Shown one piece after another: positions 63,520 to 64,000 of a stretch of 64,000 bases of DNA. Both the position numbers and the translations under genes were made by a program. Source of the DNA: Dehalococcoidia bacterium (lineage in GTDB: Bacteria > Chloroflexota > Dehalococcoidia > UBA2979); contig SHYR01000001.1 of the NCBI GenBank assembly GCA_009692705.1, positions 33,948-97,947 of the forward strand. The letters run 5' to 3'. The first letter of the stretch is position 1, and each line of letters begins with the position of its first letter. A model generated the notes under the pieces. It did not search any database. It was not told the origin of the DNA and saw only the letters and a program-made list of their open reading frames with translations.

Positions 63520-63948
63520 CTAGCGGCCCGCGGGCGGATCGGCGGCCGCGCGGCGCGCGGCGTGGCGGTCGAGCACCGGGAGGAGGCCGTTGCTCAGCAC
63601 CTGGTAGCCGATGGCGAGGTTCAGCAGCAGGAAGTCGATCAGCCCAACCCACTTCAGCAGCGTCGCCGCGGCACCGCCGTTGTGGCCGCTGCGCTGGAGC
63701 GCGATCACGCCGGCCGCCGCCGCCGCCAGCACCAGCAGCATGGCCAGCGGCACCTCCCAGCGGCGCACGAAGCGGCTGAACACCGCCGCGACCGCGGCTG
63801 CGACCGCGATGTTGACCGCCATGAACCCGAGCAGGGGCGTGCCCCGGTGGTCCCAGGTCTCGTAGGACGCCAGGAAGAGCAGCATCAGCGCCGGCGGCGC
63901 CAGCAGCGCGATCACGAAGCCGGGCAGATCGCCGCGCGTGAACCGCAC
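63520..63948 (-). CDS. hypothetical membrane protein
   Basis: 142 aa with 4 predicted TM helices (FVIALLAPPALMLLFLASY / LLGFMAVNIAVAAAVAAVF / LAMLLVLAAAAAGVIAL / VGLIDFLLLNLAIGYQV). Likely co-transcribed with the downstream ORF. Confidence 0.5.
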   Translation of the reverse strand: MRFTRGDLPGFVIALLAPPALMLLFLASYETWDHRGTPLLGFMAVNIAVAAAVAAVFSRFVRRWEVPLAMLLVLAAAAAGVIALQRSGHNGGAAATLLKWVGLIDFLLLNLAIGYQVLSNGLLPVLDRHAARRAAADPPAGR

Positions 63949-63960
63949 ACCCCGCTCCCG

Positions 63961-64000
63961 TCAGATGTTCGAGCGCGACTGTCCGCCGTCGACGTTGATC
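63961..64000 (-). CDS. 3' end of an SDR-family gene (partial, continues beyond window end)
   Basis: Minus-strand reading ...INVDGGQSRSNI* is a typical SDR C-terminus (VDGG). Only 13 codons are in the window. Confidence 0.25.
   Translation of the reverse strand, partial: INVDGGQSRSNI

Overview
This is a very high-GC (about 70-73%) bacterial chromosomal segment, densely packed with about 75 genes, mostly core metabolism. Gene content (F420 genes cofE and npdG, CysRS plus PIG-L deacetylase, Cheo-type LexA box, frequent 4-nt ATGA/GTGA start/stop overlaps) points to an actinobacterial or Thermomicrobia-like genome. I cannot assign a species. Many six-frame ORFs in the track are GC-driven antisense artefacts and are ignored. 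Main blocks, 5' to 3': a partial fold-3 esterase; a CtaG-like membrane protein; a PiT phosphate transporter with its DUF47/PhoU-like partner; flavin reductase; an SLT transglycosylase and degenerate LytM pair split by an in-frame stop; tRNA-His; a lipoprotein; a frameshifted, truncated flagellin remnant; a tandem-domain nitrilase (second domain catalytically dead) translationally coupled to an FAH-family gene; cysS; a CorC/CNNM gene; PIG-L, NUDIX and an Ala-rich 11-mer repeat protein; a promoter and SOS box upstream of lexA; holA; cofE-npdG; an Ssu/Tau-type ABC system with intergenic direct repeats; a dead trypsin-like lipoprotein divergent from HtrA; an 8-gene btuFCD-cobOTSQU operon (seven annotated) behind a cobalamin riboswitch; a compact promoter, structured leader, zinc-ribbon ORF and terminator unit; a histidine-kinase remnant; a PDZ protein with a QPGQ repeat; a 1.2-kb low-GC island of degraded ORFs; cimA; a frameshifted NUDIX; a 2.75-kb low-GC two-gene cargo flanked by 161-bp direct repeats inserted beside leuB; a lysine/arginine-rich tandem-repeat (histone H1/AlgP-like) protein; aph; the ilvBNC-leuA-leuCD operon; a geranylgeranyl reductase; a PH-domain membrane protein; ilvE; an MBL hydrolase; gcvT; uppP; and three tandem SDR paralogs, two of which lack the catalytic Lys. 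The most interesting structural observation is the repeat-flanked cargo insertion between the NUDIX gene and leuB.
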